IMG/VR virus record: IMGVR_UViG_3300021430_000864
Location: 8,776-72,775 of that record
DNA from: a virus
Lineage: Duplodnaviria; Caudoviricetes
Length of the DNA: 64,000 bases
Strand: one strand, 5' to 3'
The notes under the pieces were generated by a model. It made no database searches, was not told where the DNA came from, and saw only the letters and a program-made list of their open reading frames with translations. The translations under genes were made by a program, and so were the position numbers. Shown here one piece after another: positions 30,324 to 40,320 of the stretch. The first letter of the stretch is position 1. Every line of letters starts with the position of its first letter.

Positions 30324-33300
30324 ATGGCGATATATGTTTTTCAACAATGTAGTAATCCAGCAAATACTGCTGAATTTGACATAGACACCGGAATCTACTC
30401 CGTTGGTGATGTTCTTTTTTCTTTCACTAATGGTGCTACATGTTGGGAAATGACCGCAACTCCAGGTTCGGGACCGGCTAGTGCACCTGACTTTGGTCCT
30501 TATGATAATTGTACCGAATGTACAACAGATACAAATGCATGGGAATTTCAAAGTTGTTGTAACCCATCATCAACCGTATATTTTGGAATAACAAATGGTG
30601 ATTTAAGTAGTTTCGCACCAAGTTCTATTATTGAATATAGTGGTGAATGTTGGCAATTTACTGGTAATTTTTACTCAGGAACAACCGGCACGGTTGGTAC
30701 ACTCATACCGGATGATATTACGGGAACTGATTGTATTGATTGTGAGTTAACTTGTCCAACTCCAACTCCAGCACCTAGCATTACCCCAACTCCAAGTATT
30801 GCGGTAAAGACAAAGAATTTTTATAATTGTTGTGATATTGGTGGTGAAATCTATACAACACTAAGTGATAATGAATATAACGCCGGTGATACCTATTATA
30901 ACGGTACAGGATGTTACATCGCAACTGCAGATGGTCCGGGTGGTGGGTCAAATGTTGATGATACGGGTACATGGACAAAAATAACGGGTTGTTCAAATGG
31001 AGAATGTCCGACATGTCCAACTCCAACTCCAACTCCAACCCCAACACCACCACCAGCATCTTTAACTCCAACCCCAACTCCAACCCCAACTGCGGATGAT
31101 AATTGTGGTTGTTGGACAATAACAATATTACAAATAGATTTAGATGCGGCGACGGGAAATACCGACATTAGTTTGAATGGTAAGGTATTTTTTCCGTACA
31201 CACCTTGTGGTGTTGCTACAACAGAAATAACAGGGTCAACAACCGTTGCAGGAGATTATAGTTTTTGTTTGAATGATGACCAAATACCACCTTCCGGTGC
31301 GTATTATTTTGTTAGTGATTTTCAAGTAAGTGCTAGTAGTTATTGGACTGATAATGAAACCTCTTGTACCACCAATGGTGAATGTACTCCTGAACCTTCA
31401 GTAACACCAACACGTTCAGTAACCCCAACTATAACACCAACACGAACACCAACACCTACCGTTACAGCATCGGCATCGGTAACACCTCAACCATCACCAT
31501 CATTTAATGATTTTCCATCACCAACACCAACAATTTCGGTAACACCATCAATAACTCCTACACCATCTATTACACCATCTATCACCCCAACACCATCTGA
31601 AACACCACCGCTAGAACTTTATACGTGGACTTTCATTGATTGTTGTAGTACTGAACCTGAACCACTTAATTTAGTAAAATTTAATATATTAGGGACACCA
31701 ACAACAATAAGTCTTAGTTCACCAAACACCTATCTTTTTGATGGTAAGTGTTATACCGCACATTCAGGACCTGAATATCCTGCGGGACCATTTCCGGTAC
31801 AAACAGTAGGACCTATTTATCCTGATTGTGAAGAGTGTTCTATTGAAAACCCGTGTCCAACCCCAACCCCGACACCTTCAGAATCGGTAACACCGACACC
31901 AACCGAAACACCGACACCAACCGAAACACCAACAGTTACCCCAACAGTTACCCCAACAGTTACCCCAACCTTTACACCATCAATATCAATAAGTACAACA
32001 CCCAAACCCACCTCAAGTGTAACACCTACTATTACACCCGAACCCACCTCAAGTGTAACACCTACTATTACACCCGAACCCACTTCAAGTACAACTCCGA
32101 CCGTAACCCCAACAGTAACTTCAAGTACAACTCCATCAATTACATCAAGTGTAACACCAACAACAACACCATCGACTTCACCAACACCAACTATTGGCAC
32201 ATCACCTTCAAATACACCAAGTATAACACCTTCTGAAACTCCCAGTAACACCCCAACACAAACATCGAGTGTAACTCCAACTGAAACACCAACATTAACT
32301 CCAACTGAAACACCAACAAATTCAGTTACCCCATCGGTTTCATCAACACCAACACCAACTTTAGGTGCATCACCATCAATTACTCCAAGTACCACACCTT
32401 CTGAAACACCTTCTGAAACACCGTCAACAACACCAAGTGAAACACCATCTGTAACACCATCCGAAACTCCAAGTGTTACACCATCATCCACTTTGGGTGT
32501 GTCACCATCTGTAACACCATCAACAACACCAAGTGAAACACCTTCTGAAACACCAAGTGTTACACCAACAAACAGTTTAACACCAACACCAACAACAACT
32601 CCATCGATTTCTATTACACCAAGTGTAAGTTTAACACCAACATTAACACCAACACCCTCTTCAAGTCCTTTTTCACCATGTGTAAATGATACTGTTACAC
32701 CAAAAGGTGTGAAAATAACATTTAATTCTGGCTCAATTTATACAAATTGTTCGGTTTATACGGGATTAACTTCAACAACCATAACAGGTTCAACTTATTG
32801 TACGTCAATGTCAACAGGTGACATCTGTGATTTAACAGGGATTACTGCAACGTTGATGGAAATGTATGTTAAGATTGTGTGTGAAGGGTGTTGTGAACAA
32901 GTATTTAGAGTTAACTTAGATGAATGTTGTGGGAACACGGGTGTTACACCAACACCAACCCCTACTTTGGGTGTGTCACCATCAATTACCCCAAGTATAA
33001 CACCATCCACAACTCCGAGTGTATCGGTTACACCATCAGCATCTATAACTCCTTCGATTAGTTTAAGTGCAACACCAACAGCAACTCCAAGTTTAACACC
33101 ACCACCATCAGGATTGGCGTGTTATTGTTATGTTTTTGATATTGACCCGAGTGAATTTGGAATATATGGTGGACCAATTGTTGAATATTTAGATTGTACG
33201 TCAACCCCACAAAGCAATTCATTTAGTGGTGCGGGAACATATTCAGGTTTCTGTATTTCAGAAATAACAAATTTCTATTGGTTTGATAATGACGGAAATC

Positions 33301-34235
33301 CTGTCGAGGTATCGGCATCCACATATACTAATACATTAAACCCATGTACCGTTGATGGTGATTGTATACCACCATCCGAACCAAGTTCAACCCCAACACC
33401 TACTCCAAGTTTAACACCAACATCTAGTATTATGGTGTCACCGTCAATCACCCCTACGCCAACACCAACAACATCTTTGGCTCCTTGTTATGAAAATATA
33501 AGTATTAACGTAATTAGTAGTGGTTTAATAGTATATACCGATTGTTGTGATGTTGTAAAAGAAGTTTATTCTGATTCGGGTGAATATATATTAACCGATT
33601 GTGTTAAAACAAATACAATATCAGGTCTAAATGCCACAATAGGTACTGTCGATTATACAACAGGTACACCTTGTGTTTGTTCAACACCCACACCTACACC
33701 AACTGAAACATTAACACCTACACCAACAAACACACCAACCCCAACACCGTCAACATCAACACAAAATGAATTTTGTGAATGTAACACCTATTCAATAGAA
33801 TTTACCCAAAATTGTAATGAAGCAATTAGTTGGATTGATTGTAATGATGGTACACCAATGAGTGAACAAGGATTATACTTTGGTTTACCTACAGAGGAGT
33901 TTACCGACGGAACAATAATTAATGTTTGTTCTTGTTCTACACCTATTGTTGGTTGTCCGGGAGTAACTATAACGTTAATTTCAGCTGGATGTAATCCTTA
34001 CTATTATTACACAGTTAAAGAAGTTATAGATTGCAACACAGGTGACGATTTTGGTGAAACATATGTTGTTAGAAGTACAACACCACTTTCAATTGGTGAG
34101 TTTATAAATGCAACAATAACACCTATACCTGCAACTTGTGCGTGGAAGGTTATTAGTTCAACATCAGGACCATCATATGATGGTACGGTGTCTAGTTCAT
34201 GTGGAACAGGAATACCTGTAACATGTTGTTGTTAA
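30324..34235 (+). CDS. Mucin-like PT-rich protein (1303 aa) with multiple Cys-rich modules
   Basis: Repeated FQxCC...GxC[WY]...CxxC modules and CxC[YW] modules separated by PT/PS tracts. Confidence 0.75.
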   Translation: MAIYVFQQCSNPANTAEFDIDTGIYSVGDVLFSFTNGATCWEMTATPGSGPASAPDFGPYDNCTECTTDTNAWEFQSCCNPSSTVYFGITNGDLSSFAPSSIIEYSGECWQFTGNFYSGTTGTVGTLIPDDITGTDCIDCELTCPTPTPAPSITPTPSIAVKTKNFYNCCDIGGEIYTTLSDNEYNAGDTYYNGTGCYIATADGPGGGSNVDDTGTWTKITGCSNGECPTCPTPTPTPTPTPPPASLTPTPTPTPTADDNCGCWTITILQIDLDAATGNTDISLNGKVFFPYTPCGVATTEITGSTTVAGDYSFCLNDDQIPPSGAYYFVSDFQVSASSYWTDNETSCTTNGECTPEPSVTPTRSVTPTITPTRTPTPTVTASASVTPQPSPSFNDFPSPTPTISVTPSITPTPSITPSITPTPSETPPLELYTWTFIDCCSTEPEPLNLVKFNILGTPTTISLSSPNTYLFDGKCYTAHSGPEYPAGPFPVQTVGPIYPDCEECSIENPCPTPTPTPSESVTPTPTETPTPTETPTVTPTVTPTVTPTFTPSISISTTPKPTSSVTPTITPEPTSSVTPTITPEPTSSTTPTVTPTVTSSTTPSITSSVTPTTTPSTSPTPTIGTSPSNTPSITPSETPSNTPTQTSSVTPTETPTLTPTETPTNSVTPSVSSTPTPTLGASPSITPSTTPSETPSETPSTTPSETPSVTPSETPSVTPSSTLGVSPSVTPSTTPSETPSETPSVTPTNSLTPTPTTTPSISITPSVSLTPTLTPTPSSSPFSPCVNDTVTPKGVKITFNSGSIYTNCSVYTGLTSTTITGSTYCTSMSTGDICDLTGITATLMEMYVKIVCEGCCEQVFRVNLDECCGNTGVTPTPTPTLGVSPSITPSITPSTTPSVSVTPSASITPSISLSATPTATPSLTPPPSGLACYCYVFDIDPSEFGIYGGPIVEYLDCTSTPQSNSFSGAGTYSGFCISEITNFYWFDNDGNPVEVSASTYTNTLNPCTVDGDCIPPSEPSSTPTPTPSLTPTSSIMVSPSITPTPTPTTSLAPCYENISINVISSGLIVYTDCCDVVKEVYSDSGEYILTDCVKTNTISGLNATIGTVDYTTGTPCVCSTPTPTPTETLTPTPTNTPTPTPSTSTQNEFCECNTYSIEFTQNCNEAISWIDCNDGTPMSEQGLYFGLPTEEFTDGTIINVCSCSTPIVGCPGVTITLISAGCNPYYYYTVKEVIDCNTGDDFGETYVVRSTTPLSIGEFINATITPIPATCAWKVISSTSGPSYDGTVSSSCGTGIPVTCCC
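32007..32078 (+). repeat. Perfect in-frame 36-bp tandem repeat (PTSSVTPTITPE x2, partial third copy)
   Basis: CCCACCTCAAGTGTAACACCTACTATTACACCCGAA occurs twice in tandem. Confidence 0.9.
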
Positions 34236-34269
34236 TTTTCTAAACTTATATTGATAATGTATAATAAAG

Positions 34270-34277
34270 TATTTATA
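34270..34277 (+). promoter_or_regulatory. TATTTATA motif (putative late promoter element)
   Basis: Exact motif 8 nt before the ATG at 34286. Confidence 0.6.
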
Positions 34278-34285
34278 ATATAACC

Positions 34286-36433
34286 ATGAGTTTTTTAAGT
34301 AATAATAATTCGGAATTTTTGTCTGTAAGAATCACCCAAAAGGGTAGAAATTCTATTGCGAAAGGTAATTTCGTTATTTCATATTTTCAAATCGGAGATT
34401 CTGAATTTGACTACACATCACCATTTGATAATTTAACAGGTTTAAATTCTGCACCGTTCCAATCGGTATTTGCACCTTTAGATAAAGAAGGTGGTGTCAA
34501 ATATCCATATAAATTGGATAGTTCATCTAATTCAACCGTTTATGGTATTCCGGTACAATCATCGACAACAGATACATTAAGAAACATAATGGGTCCGGCA
34601 GGTTTTGTTGGTCAGTATGTTGAATATGATAGTGATGATTGTACAGGCACAAATATTAAATGTGAAACTCAACAAATATCATTGTCAGCAATGACAGGAA
34701 CTAATACCGTTGTCGTACCAACAGGTTCGAGCTTTAATGATTGTGATTTTATTACAATAGTTTTTGGTGGATTTTGTGGTAACGACCCAAATAATCCGGT
34801 CATCACAGGGGAAACAAATAGTTTAATATATAGAATCACCGGTGTTACGGGAAATACACTTTACTTAGACAGAACAACTCCGAATTTCTCAGGTTGTACA
34901 GGGCCGGCACAAGTGGTTTGTAATTCATGTGAAAATGAATACCCTGTTTCGGTTGAATTCAATCCAAATTGTAGACCCGCAGAAATTGACCCATCACAAC
35001 AACTTAATGCATGGACAATGAATGTTGTTTGGGACATGAAACCAATTGGTTTCGATGTAAACGGTATTGATGAGAATTTAACAGGATTCACATCAAATAA
35101 ACACGTATCAACAAAACAATTTTTAGGTTACACAACTTCAAGTGGTCAAACATTTACAAATATGACAGGAGGAACTATCAGTAACCCAACTTCATATTAT
35201 AATTCATATGATGAACAAATTGAAGTAACACCTGAAGAACAAAGATGTATTGCGGTTATTCATTATTCGGAATTGGGTGATTTAAAAAATGACCCCGAAA
35301 GATTTTTCAAATATGATGATTACATCAGTACAAACAACACAGAAGCAGATGCATTGTTAGAAGATTCTATTGGTAATGCGATTACTGATTTAGAATACTT
35401 TGAGGTATATATTCCTTTTATTCAATATCATAGAAATACAGGAACAACAATAGGTGGTTTATTCACTATGGATACAACTGATTATTATGTTAGTTCTAGT
35501 ATTAATTCGTTTCAGAAAATTAAGTTTAGATATCTTTTAGATGAAACGGGTGCTAAGGTTGGTAAAATTTTTGTAAACAATAAAATAATTGTTATTGACG
35601 ACCAAGAATTGGTTGCGGTAATGGACTATAAATCAAATAGAAAATACACATTACCTTCACCAAAAATCAATTTATTACCAAGTGATTTACCGGCATCGCA
35701 ATCATTCTATTCAGGTTCAACCGAACAGACAATATGGTTAACATATATGTTTAATTACACAGGTGATACACAGTTAAACTCATTACCTTGTAATTACTAT
35801 ACTAAATTTGAAACAACCACAGGTAGTACATATTACAACACACCATGTCAGTTATATGTGAAATTCAATGACGGTTATTTCTCTAAAATGTTAACCGGTA
35901 CAACGTGTGATGCTGCCAATGGTTTTATTGCAAATCAATTTCAATTATTAATACAAGTGACCGATTTAGGTGATTTACCTTCACCAAGTCAATGGAAATT
36001 ACTTGATATGACATCTTATATACCTAATCATACAGTTGGTAACACAATTAACCCAAGTAATTTAGTTAACTATTCTTTCCAAGTAACATTTGACATGTTT
36101 GAAGATGATACGTCAATTTTTGATTTGGAAACGTACATTGGTGAAATACCAAATGAACCATCATCTGACCCACAATTTGGTGATGAACAACCATTTCCTG
36201 GAAGTGTTAAATTAATAAGAGCAACTGACATTGAAAAAATGAATTTCTTGGTTAATTTACCTGCAAGTCAATTCAACACTTCTCAAAACCCGACATACAC
36301 AACAGGACAAGACAAGAGAATAACCGAAGTTGCGTTACTGAATGAAAATAAGGAAGTTATGGTTATTGGTAAAACCGCGAATCCAATTAAGAGAACAGGT
36401 ACTCAAGTTTTTGCCATAAAAATAGATTTCTAA
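34286..36433 (+). CDS. Putative tail-collar/baseplate attachment protein (715 aa)
   Basis: N-terminal ITQKGRNSIAKG...YFQIGDSE and C-terminal RITEVALLNENKEVMVIGK resemble the split tail-collar fibre (DUF3751-like) motif pair. Confidence 0.55.
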   Translation: MSFLSNNNSEFLSVRITQKGRNSIAKGNFVISYFQIGDSEFDYTSPFDNLTGLNSAPFQSVFAPLDKEGGVKYPYKLDSSSNSTVYGIPVQSSTTDTLRNIMGPAGFVGQYVEYDSDDCTGTNIKCETQQISLSAMTGTNTVVVPTGSSFNDCDFITIVFGGFCGNDPNNPVITGETNSLIYRITGVTGNTLYLDRTTPNFSGCTGPAQVVCNSCENEYPVSVEFNPNCRPAEIDPSQQLNAWTMNVVWDMKPIGFDVNGIDENLTGFTSNKHVSTKQFLGYTTSSGQTFTNMTGGTISNPTSYYNSYDEQIEVTPEEQRCIAVIHYSELGDLKNDPERFFKYDDYISTNNTEADALLEDSIGNAITDLEYFEVYIPFIQYHRNTGTTIGGLFTMDTTDYYVSSSINSFQKIKFRYLLDETGAKVGKIFVNNKIIVIDDQELVAVMDYKSNRKYTLPSPKINLLPSDLPASQSFYSGSTEQTIWLTYMFNYTGDTQLNSLPCNYYTKFETTTGSTYYNTPCQLYVKFNDGYFSKMLTGTTCDAANGFIANQFQLLIQVTDLGDLPSPSQWKLLDMTSYIPNHTVGNTINPSNLVNYSFQVTFDMFEDDTSIFDLETYIGEIPNEPSSDPQFGDEQPFPGSVKLIRATDIEKMNFLVNLPASQFNTSQNPTYTTGQDKRITEVALLNENKEVMVIGKTANPIKRTGTQVFAIKIDF

Positions 36434-36437
36434 ATCA

Positions 36438-36470
36438 TTTACATTTTACAAAATATGTCTTATATATTTT
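36438..36470 (+). promoter_or_regulatory. Putative early-type promoter
   Basis: TTTACA-N17-TATATA(TTTT) just before the RuvC-like ATG. Confidence 0.5.
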
Positions 36471-36473
36471 TAT

Positions 36474-37082
36474 ATGAGCACAAAATTTAAAAACGCCCCA
36501 AAAATTCTGGGTTTGGACATATCAACTAAAACCATTGGATGGGCACTCTTTGATGTTAATTCTTCAAAATTATTGGAGTTAACTCACTTCTCACCTAAGA
36601 TAAAACCTCAACCTGAAGATAAGATTGAGGAACTTTTGTTGAAGGCGGCAGCATTCAAGAAACACATCGAGAATTATAAAGATATCGGGATTACAAGAAT
36701 TGTAATCGAAGAACCTTTATTAAATTCTAATAATATCTACACCGTTGGTACACTACTTCGATACAATACGATGATTTTAAAATCGTGTTATGAAATCTTA
36801 GGAATTGTACCTACCTTTATCAGCACATACAATGCCAGAAAATATGCGTTTCCCGGATTAGTAGGTAAGAATGATAAGGGTAAAAATGTTTTATTTGGTG
36901 GATTACCAAAAGACATTGACAAAAAACATATCATTTGGGAAAACGTAAATTCAGTTTGTCCTGAAGTTAAGTGGTTGTATGGTAAAAATGGTAATCTTAA
37001 AAAAGAAAATTACGATATGAGTGACGCAGCCACCGCTGTGATTGGTTTTGTTAATATGCAAAAATTGGGAATTAAAGAATAA
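36474..37082 (+). CDS. RuvC-like Holliday junction resolvase
   Basis: ILGLDISTKTIGWA (catalytic D), IVIEE (E) and DMSDAA (D-x2-D) give the RNase-H-fold active site. Confidence 0.85.
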   Translation: MSTKFKNAPKILGLDISTKTIGWALFDVNSSKLLELTHFSPKIKPQPEDKIEELLLKAAAFKKHIENYKDIGITRIVIEEPLLNSNNIYTVGTLLRYNTMILKSCYEILGIVPTFISTYNARKYAFPGLVGKNDKGKNVLFGGLPKDIDKKHIIWENVNSVCPEVKWLYGKNGNLKKENYDMSDAATAVIGFVNMQKLGIKE

Positions 37083-37552
37083 TGGGAGAGTTTAAATTTT
37101 TAAGAGGTTTTATTGAGGAATTTCAAAATGTTCAAAATCAGAACAGACTAAACATGCCTGTTCAATATGAACCAATGAGAGTAAATAGATTTTTAGTTAC
37201 TTTTCCCGAATCTTTTAATATTTCACCATATTTCGTTAGAATGGTTAATAGACCATCAATGAGAGTACATCCACACGGTTTACATGAATGGGATGATATT
37301 GAGATAACATTGTACGACCCAATATCACCATCAATGTCACAAAATGTATTTGAATTGATAAATTCTGATTTAATTATTCAACCAATGACCTTTCTAATAC
37401 AGATGTTAGACCCAGTTGGTTCTATTGTGTCTGAATGGTCAATTTGGGGTAGAGTATCGTCAATTGACTATGGGATGTTAGATTATAGTGATGACTCAAC
37501 ATCTGAAATCAAAATGACAATTTCGGTTAACAACGCAATTTTGAACTTTTGA
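37082..37552 (+). CDS. T4 gp19-like tail tube protein paralogue
   Basis: YEPMRVNRFLVTF...NRPS...WDDIEITLYDPI...MLDPVGSIVSEWSIWG...GMLDYSDD... Confidence 0.7.
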   Translation: MGEFKFLRGFIEEFQNVQNQNRLNMPVQYEPMRVNRFLVTFPESFNISPYFVRMVNRPSMRVHPHGLHEWDDIEITLYDPISPSMSQNVFELINSDLIIQPMTFLIQMLDPVGSIVSEWSIWGRVSSIDYGMLDYSDDSTSEIKMTISVNNAILNF

Positions 37553-37553
37553 T

Positions 37554-37584
37554 TTTGTTTTTTAAAAATTATTTCCTATATTTT
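37554..37584 (+). promoter_or_regulatory. Putative early-type promoter ahead of an intergenic hairpin pair
   Basis: TTTG-N19-TATATTTT. Confidence 0.4.
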
Positions 37585-37613
37585 AAACGAGGACTGAATT
37601 AACATAAAATAAC

Positions 37614-37642
37614 ATGTCAAAATAGCACTTGTATTTTGACAT
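37614..37642. repeat. Perfect 11-bp inverted repeat with a 7-nt spacer
   Basis: ATGTCAAAATA-gcacttg-TATTTTGACAT. Confidence 0.85.
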
Positions 37643-37680
37643 AAGGTGGGTGATTTTGGTGTAAACACCCACCTTTTTTT
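37643..37680 (+). terminator. Rho-independent terminator
   Basis: AAGGTGGGTG-N13-CACCCACCTT followed by a T run. Confidence 0.8.
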
Positions 37681-37687
37681 ATGCCCG

Positions 37688-37719
37688 TTTGTTTTTGTTA
37701 TTTTTTTTTCTTATAATTT
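37688..37719 (+). promoter_or_regulatory. Putative early-type promoter of the primase gene
   Basis: (T)TTGTTT-N17-TATAAT(TT), ending 4 nt before the ATG at 37724. Confidence 0.55.
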
Positions 37720-37723
37720 AACC

Positions 37724-38662
37724 ATGTTGTCTATTTCCGCAGAATATAAACCAGTAATTGAGATACTCGAAGATATTTTCGGAGATTGTCGTATGCACAA
37801 CAGTTATAAAGGTCAGATTGCGTTCGATTGTCCCGTTTGTTCATACGATATTAAAGAGTTAGACCATGGTGATGGTAAGGGTAATTTGGAAATCAACTAC
37901 AAAAGGTATGTGTTTAAATGTTGGTCATGTGCTGAAAGTCATGACACCCATGGTTCAGTTTATAAACTGATTAAAAAGTATGGTAACGAAAAACACTTAA
38001 AGAGATATGAATTACTAAAACCTGACGAAGTAGAATTTGCGGTTAAACCCAAACAACAAATTGAACTTCCAAAGGAGTTTGTTCCCCTTAATTTAGTTAG
38101 TGATGGATTTAAAATGACACATCACTATAGACAGGTAATGTCTTACCTAAAAAAAAGAAATGTCACCGACAAAATCATAAGAAAATATAATATTGGATTC
38201 GCATATGACGGTCCATTTGCAAATAGGGTTATTATTCCGTCATATGATGAGAAAAGGCAGATAAATTATTTCATTGCTCGTTCTTATTTATCAAAACCAA
38301 AGATTAAATACAAAAATCCCGAGGTACAAAAAGAAACAATAATTTTCAACGAAAGTCTAATTGATTGGACAAAGAAAATTTACTTGGTTGAGGGGGCGTT
38401 TGACTCGATTTTCTTGGATAATGCCATCCCAATGTTAGGGAAATACATAAGTGACTTACTGTTCAATAAGATTTACGATTTGAAATGTGAGGTCACAATT
38501 GTTTTGGACGGAGATGCGTGGAATGATGCAGAAAACTTATACCATAAGATGAATTGTGGTAAATTAATGGGTAAAATTAATATTGTTAAATTACCAAAAG
38601 ATAAAGATATTGCAGATTTGTGTGGTGATTTAACAGGATACGAAGAATTTAAATTAGATTAA
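37724..38662 (+). CDS. DnaG-type DNA primase (Zn-binding domain + TOPRIM)
   Basis: CPVC...CWSC zinc finger, RVIIP, YFIARS, YLVEGAFD, VLDGDA. Start reassigned from GTG 37646 (inside the terminator) to ATG 37724. Confidence 0.85.
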   Translation: MLSISAEYKPVIEILEDIFGDCRMHNSYKGQIAFDCPVCSYDIKELDHGDGKGNLEINYKRYVFKCWSCAESHDTHGSVYKLIKKYGNEKHLKRYELLKPDEVEFAVKPKQQIELPKEFVPLNLVSDGFKMTHHYRQVMSYLKKRNVTDKIIRKYNIGFAYDGPFANRVIIPSYDEKRQINYFIARSYLSKPKIKYKNPEVQKETIIFNESLIDWTKKIYLVEGAFDSIFLDNAIPMLGKYISDLLFNKIYDLKCEVTIVLDGDAWNDAENLYHKMNCGKLMGKINIVKLPKDKDIADLCGDLTGYEEFKLD

Positions 38663-39514
38663 ATGGATTTATTAGGAATTTCACAAGAAATAAGAGAAAC
38701 CCTTGAAGTAAAGAAAAAAGAACTCGAATTGACGTTCTTTGAAGATGAACACATATACTTCATGAGAGATATTGATGGAAAATATAGAAACGATTTCCCT
38801 TCAGTATCGAAAGTTATTAAAAAATTTTATGTTCCGTTTGATGCAGAATCGAAAGCTCTTCAAATGACTGACGGTGATGAAGAAGAAACAAAAATACTAC
38901 TTGAAAAATGGAAAAAATCGGGTGATTATTCCACCAATTTAGGTAGTAGGGTTCACTACATGTTAGAATCGGATTTAGTTGGTCGTTACAATAACTATAA
39001 AGAGGTTAGACAACCAATATTTGAGTGTGATTCACAACAATTGGTTAAGAGTAACAACATGATTACTGCCGGTAAAGAATTTTTGGATTTGATGCACGAA
39101 AGAGGTGCGGTGTTATTAGACACTGAGATGGTTTTGGGTGACCCTGAACTTGGTTATGTTGGTCAACCTGACAAGGCTTGGTTAATGATGAACAGACAAA
39201 GGGATAATTTTGGTATTGTAATTACCGATTGGAAAACGAATCAAGAGAAAAACTTTCAGATTCAACCATATACGGGTAAAATGTTACATCCTTTTCAAAA
39301 TTATCACGACACCGCTTTGACACATTACTTTATTCAATTACCTTTGTACGGTAAATTACTATTGAAAATGTTATCGGGAACTAAATTCGGTGATGTAAAA
39401 TTACTTGGATGTGTAATCACACATCTAAAAGATAACTCCACATTTACCGAGTATAAAGTACCTGCAGACATCACAAATTCAATATTACAAATGGACGTAA
39501 AAAAATACTTATAA
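38663..39514 (+). CDS. PD-(D/E)XK exonuclease (RecB/Cas4-like family)
   Basis: FPSVSKVI, GSRVHYMLE, TEMVL, GQPDK, ITDWKT, IQLPLYG. Confidence 0.8.
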   Translation: MDLLGISQEIRETLEVKKKELELTFFEDEHIYFMRDIDGKYRNDFPSVSKVIKKFYVPFDAESKALQMTDGDEEETKILLEKWKKSGDYSTNLGSRVHYMLESDLVGRYNNYKEVRQPIFECDSQQLVKSNNMITAGKEFLDLMHERGAVLLDTEMVLGDPELGYVGQPDKAWLMMNRQRDNFGIVITDWKTNQEKNFQIQPYTGKMLHPFQNYHDTALTHYFIQLPLYGKLLLKMLSGTKFGDVKLLGCVITHLKDNSTFTEYKVPADITNSILQMDVKKYL

Positions 39515-40320
39515 TGATAAAGAAAATTATACACATCTCTGATTTACATATCAGAACCTTCCAACTACATGATATGTACAGAAGACAATTTAGGTTGTTG
39601 TTAGAAAAACTAAAAACCCAAATTTCTGATTGCAATTATGATGAGGTTAGAGTAGTAATTACCGGTGATATTGCTCACCAAAAAATTAACATTTCAAACG
39701 AACAGATGATGTTAACCTCTTGGTTAATAACTCAGTTGTATGAAAATATTGGTAGTGTTATTATCATCCCCGGTAATCACGATTTCTTGGAAAACAACAC
39801 AAATCGTTTAGATAGTATTACACCCATCGTTGAATTACTCAACAGTGATAAAGTAAAATACTTCAGAGATTCAGGTGTATATGAGGATGACAATATAAAT
39901 TGGATTGTCTACTCGTTATATCAACATAACCAAAAACCTGATTTCCTTAGAGAGGAAGGTAAACTACATGTTGGTCTATTCCACGGACCTATTCAAGGTT
40001 TATCAACGGATTTGGGTTTTGAATTTGAAAACGCATACTCACCATTAAACTTTGTTGGTTTGGATTTATTACTGTGTGGTGATATCCATAAAAGACAGAT
40101 GTTCGCATTACCAAACGGTGGTAAAGCGATTATGATTGGTTCACTAATACAACAAAATTTTGGTGAAACGGTTAATCATCACGGATATGGTATTTATGAT
40201 GTTGAGACAAATGAGTATCAAACATATGATATTGAAAACGAACAACCATTCTTACATTTCTCAATATCAGATATATCAGACATAGAAAATGAGTCAGAAA
40301 AATTACTTAATATTAGATGA
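39514..40320 (+). CDS. sbcD: SbcD/Mre11 (T4 gp47-like) metallophosphoesterase nuclease
   Basis: HISDLHI, TGDIAH, PGNHD, FHG, GDIHK, and GSLIQQNFGE. Confidence 0.88.
   Translation: MIKKIIHISDLHIRTFQLHDMYRRQFRLLLEKLKTQISDCNYDEVRVVITGDIAHQKINISNEQMMLTSWLITQLYENIGSVIIIPGNHDFLENNTNRLDSITPIVELLNSDKVKYFRDSGVYEDDNINWIVYSLYQHNQKPDFLREEGKLHVGLFHGPIQGLSTDLGFEFENAYSPLNFVGLDLLLCGDIHKRQMFALPNGGKAIMIGSLIQQNFGETVNHHGYGIYDVETNEYQTYDIENEQPFLHFSISDISDIENESEKLLNIR

Noticed and set aside
30781-33010. Antisense and alternative-frame ORFs within the 1303-aa PT protein
   Set aside because: Same low-complexity shadow effect.
37646-37723. ORF-track GTG start for the primase
   Set aside because: It lies inside the terminator hairpin and upstream of a good promoter. 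ATG 37724 fits better.
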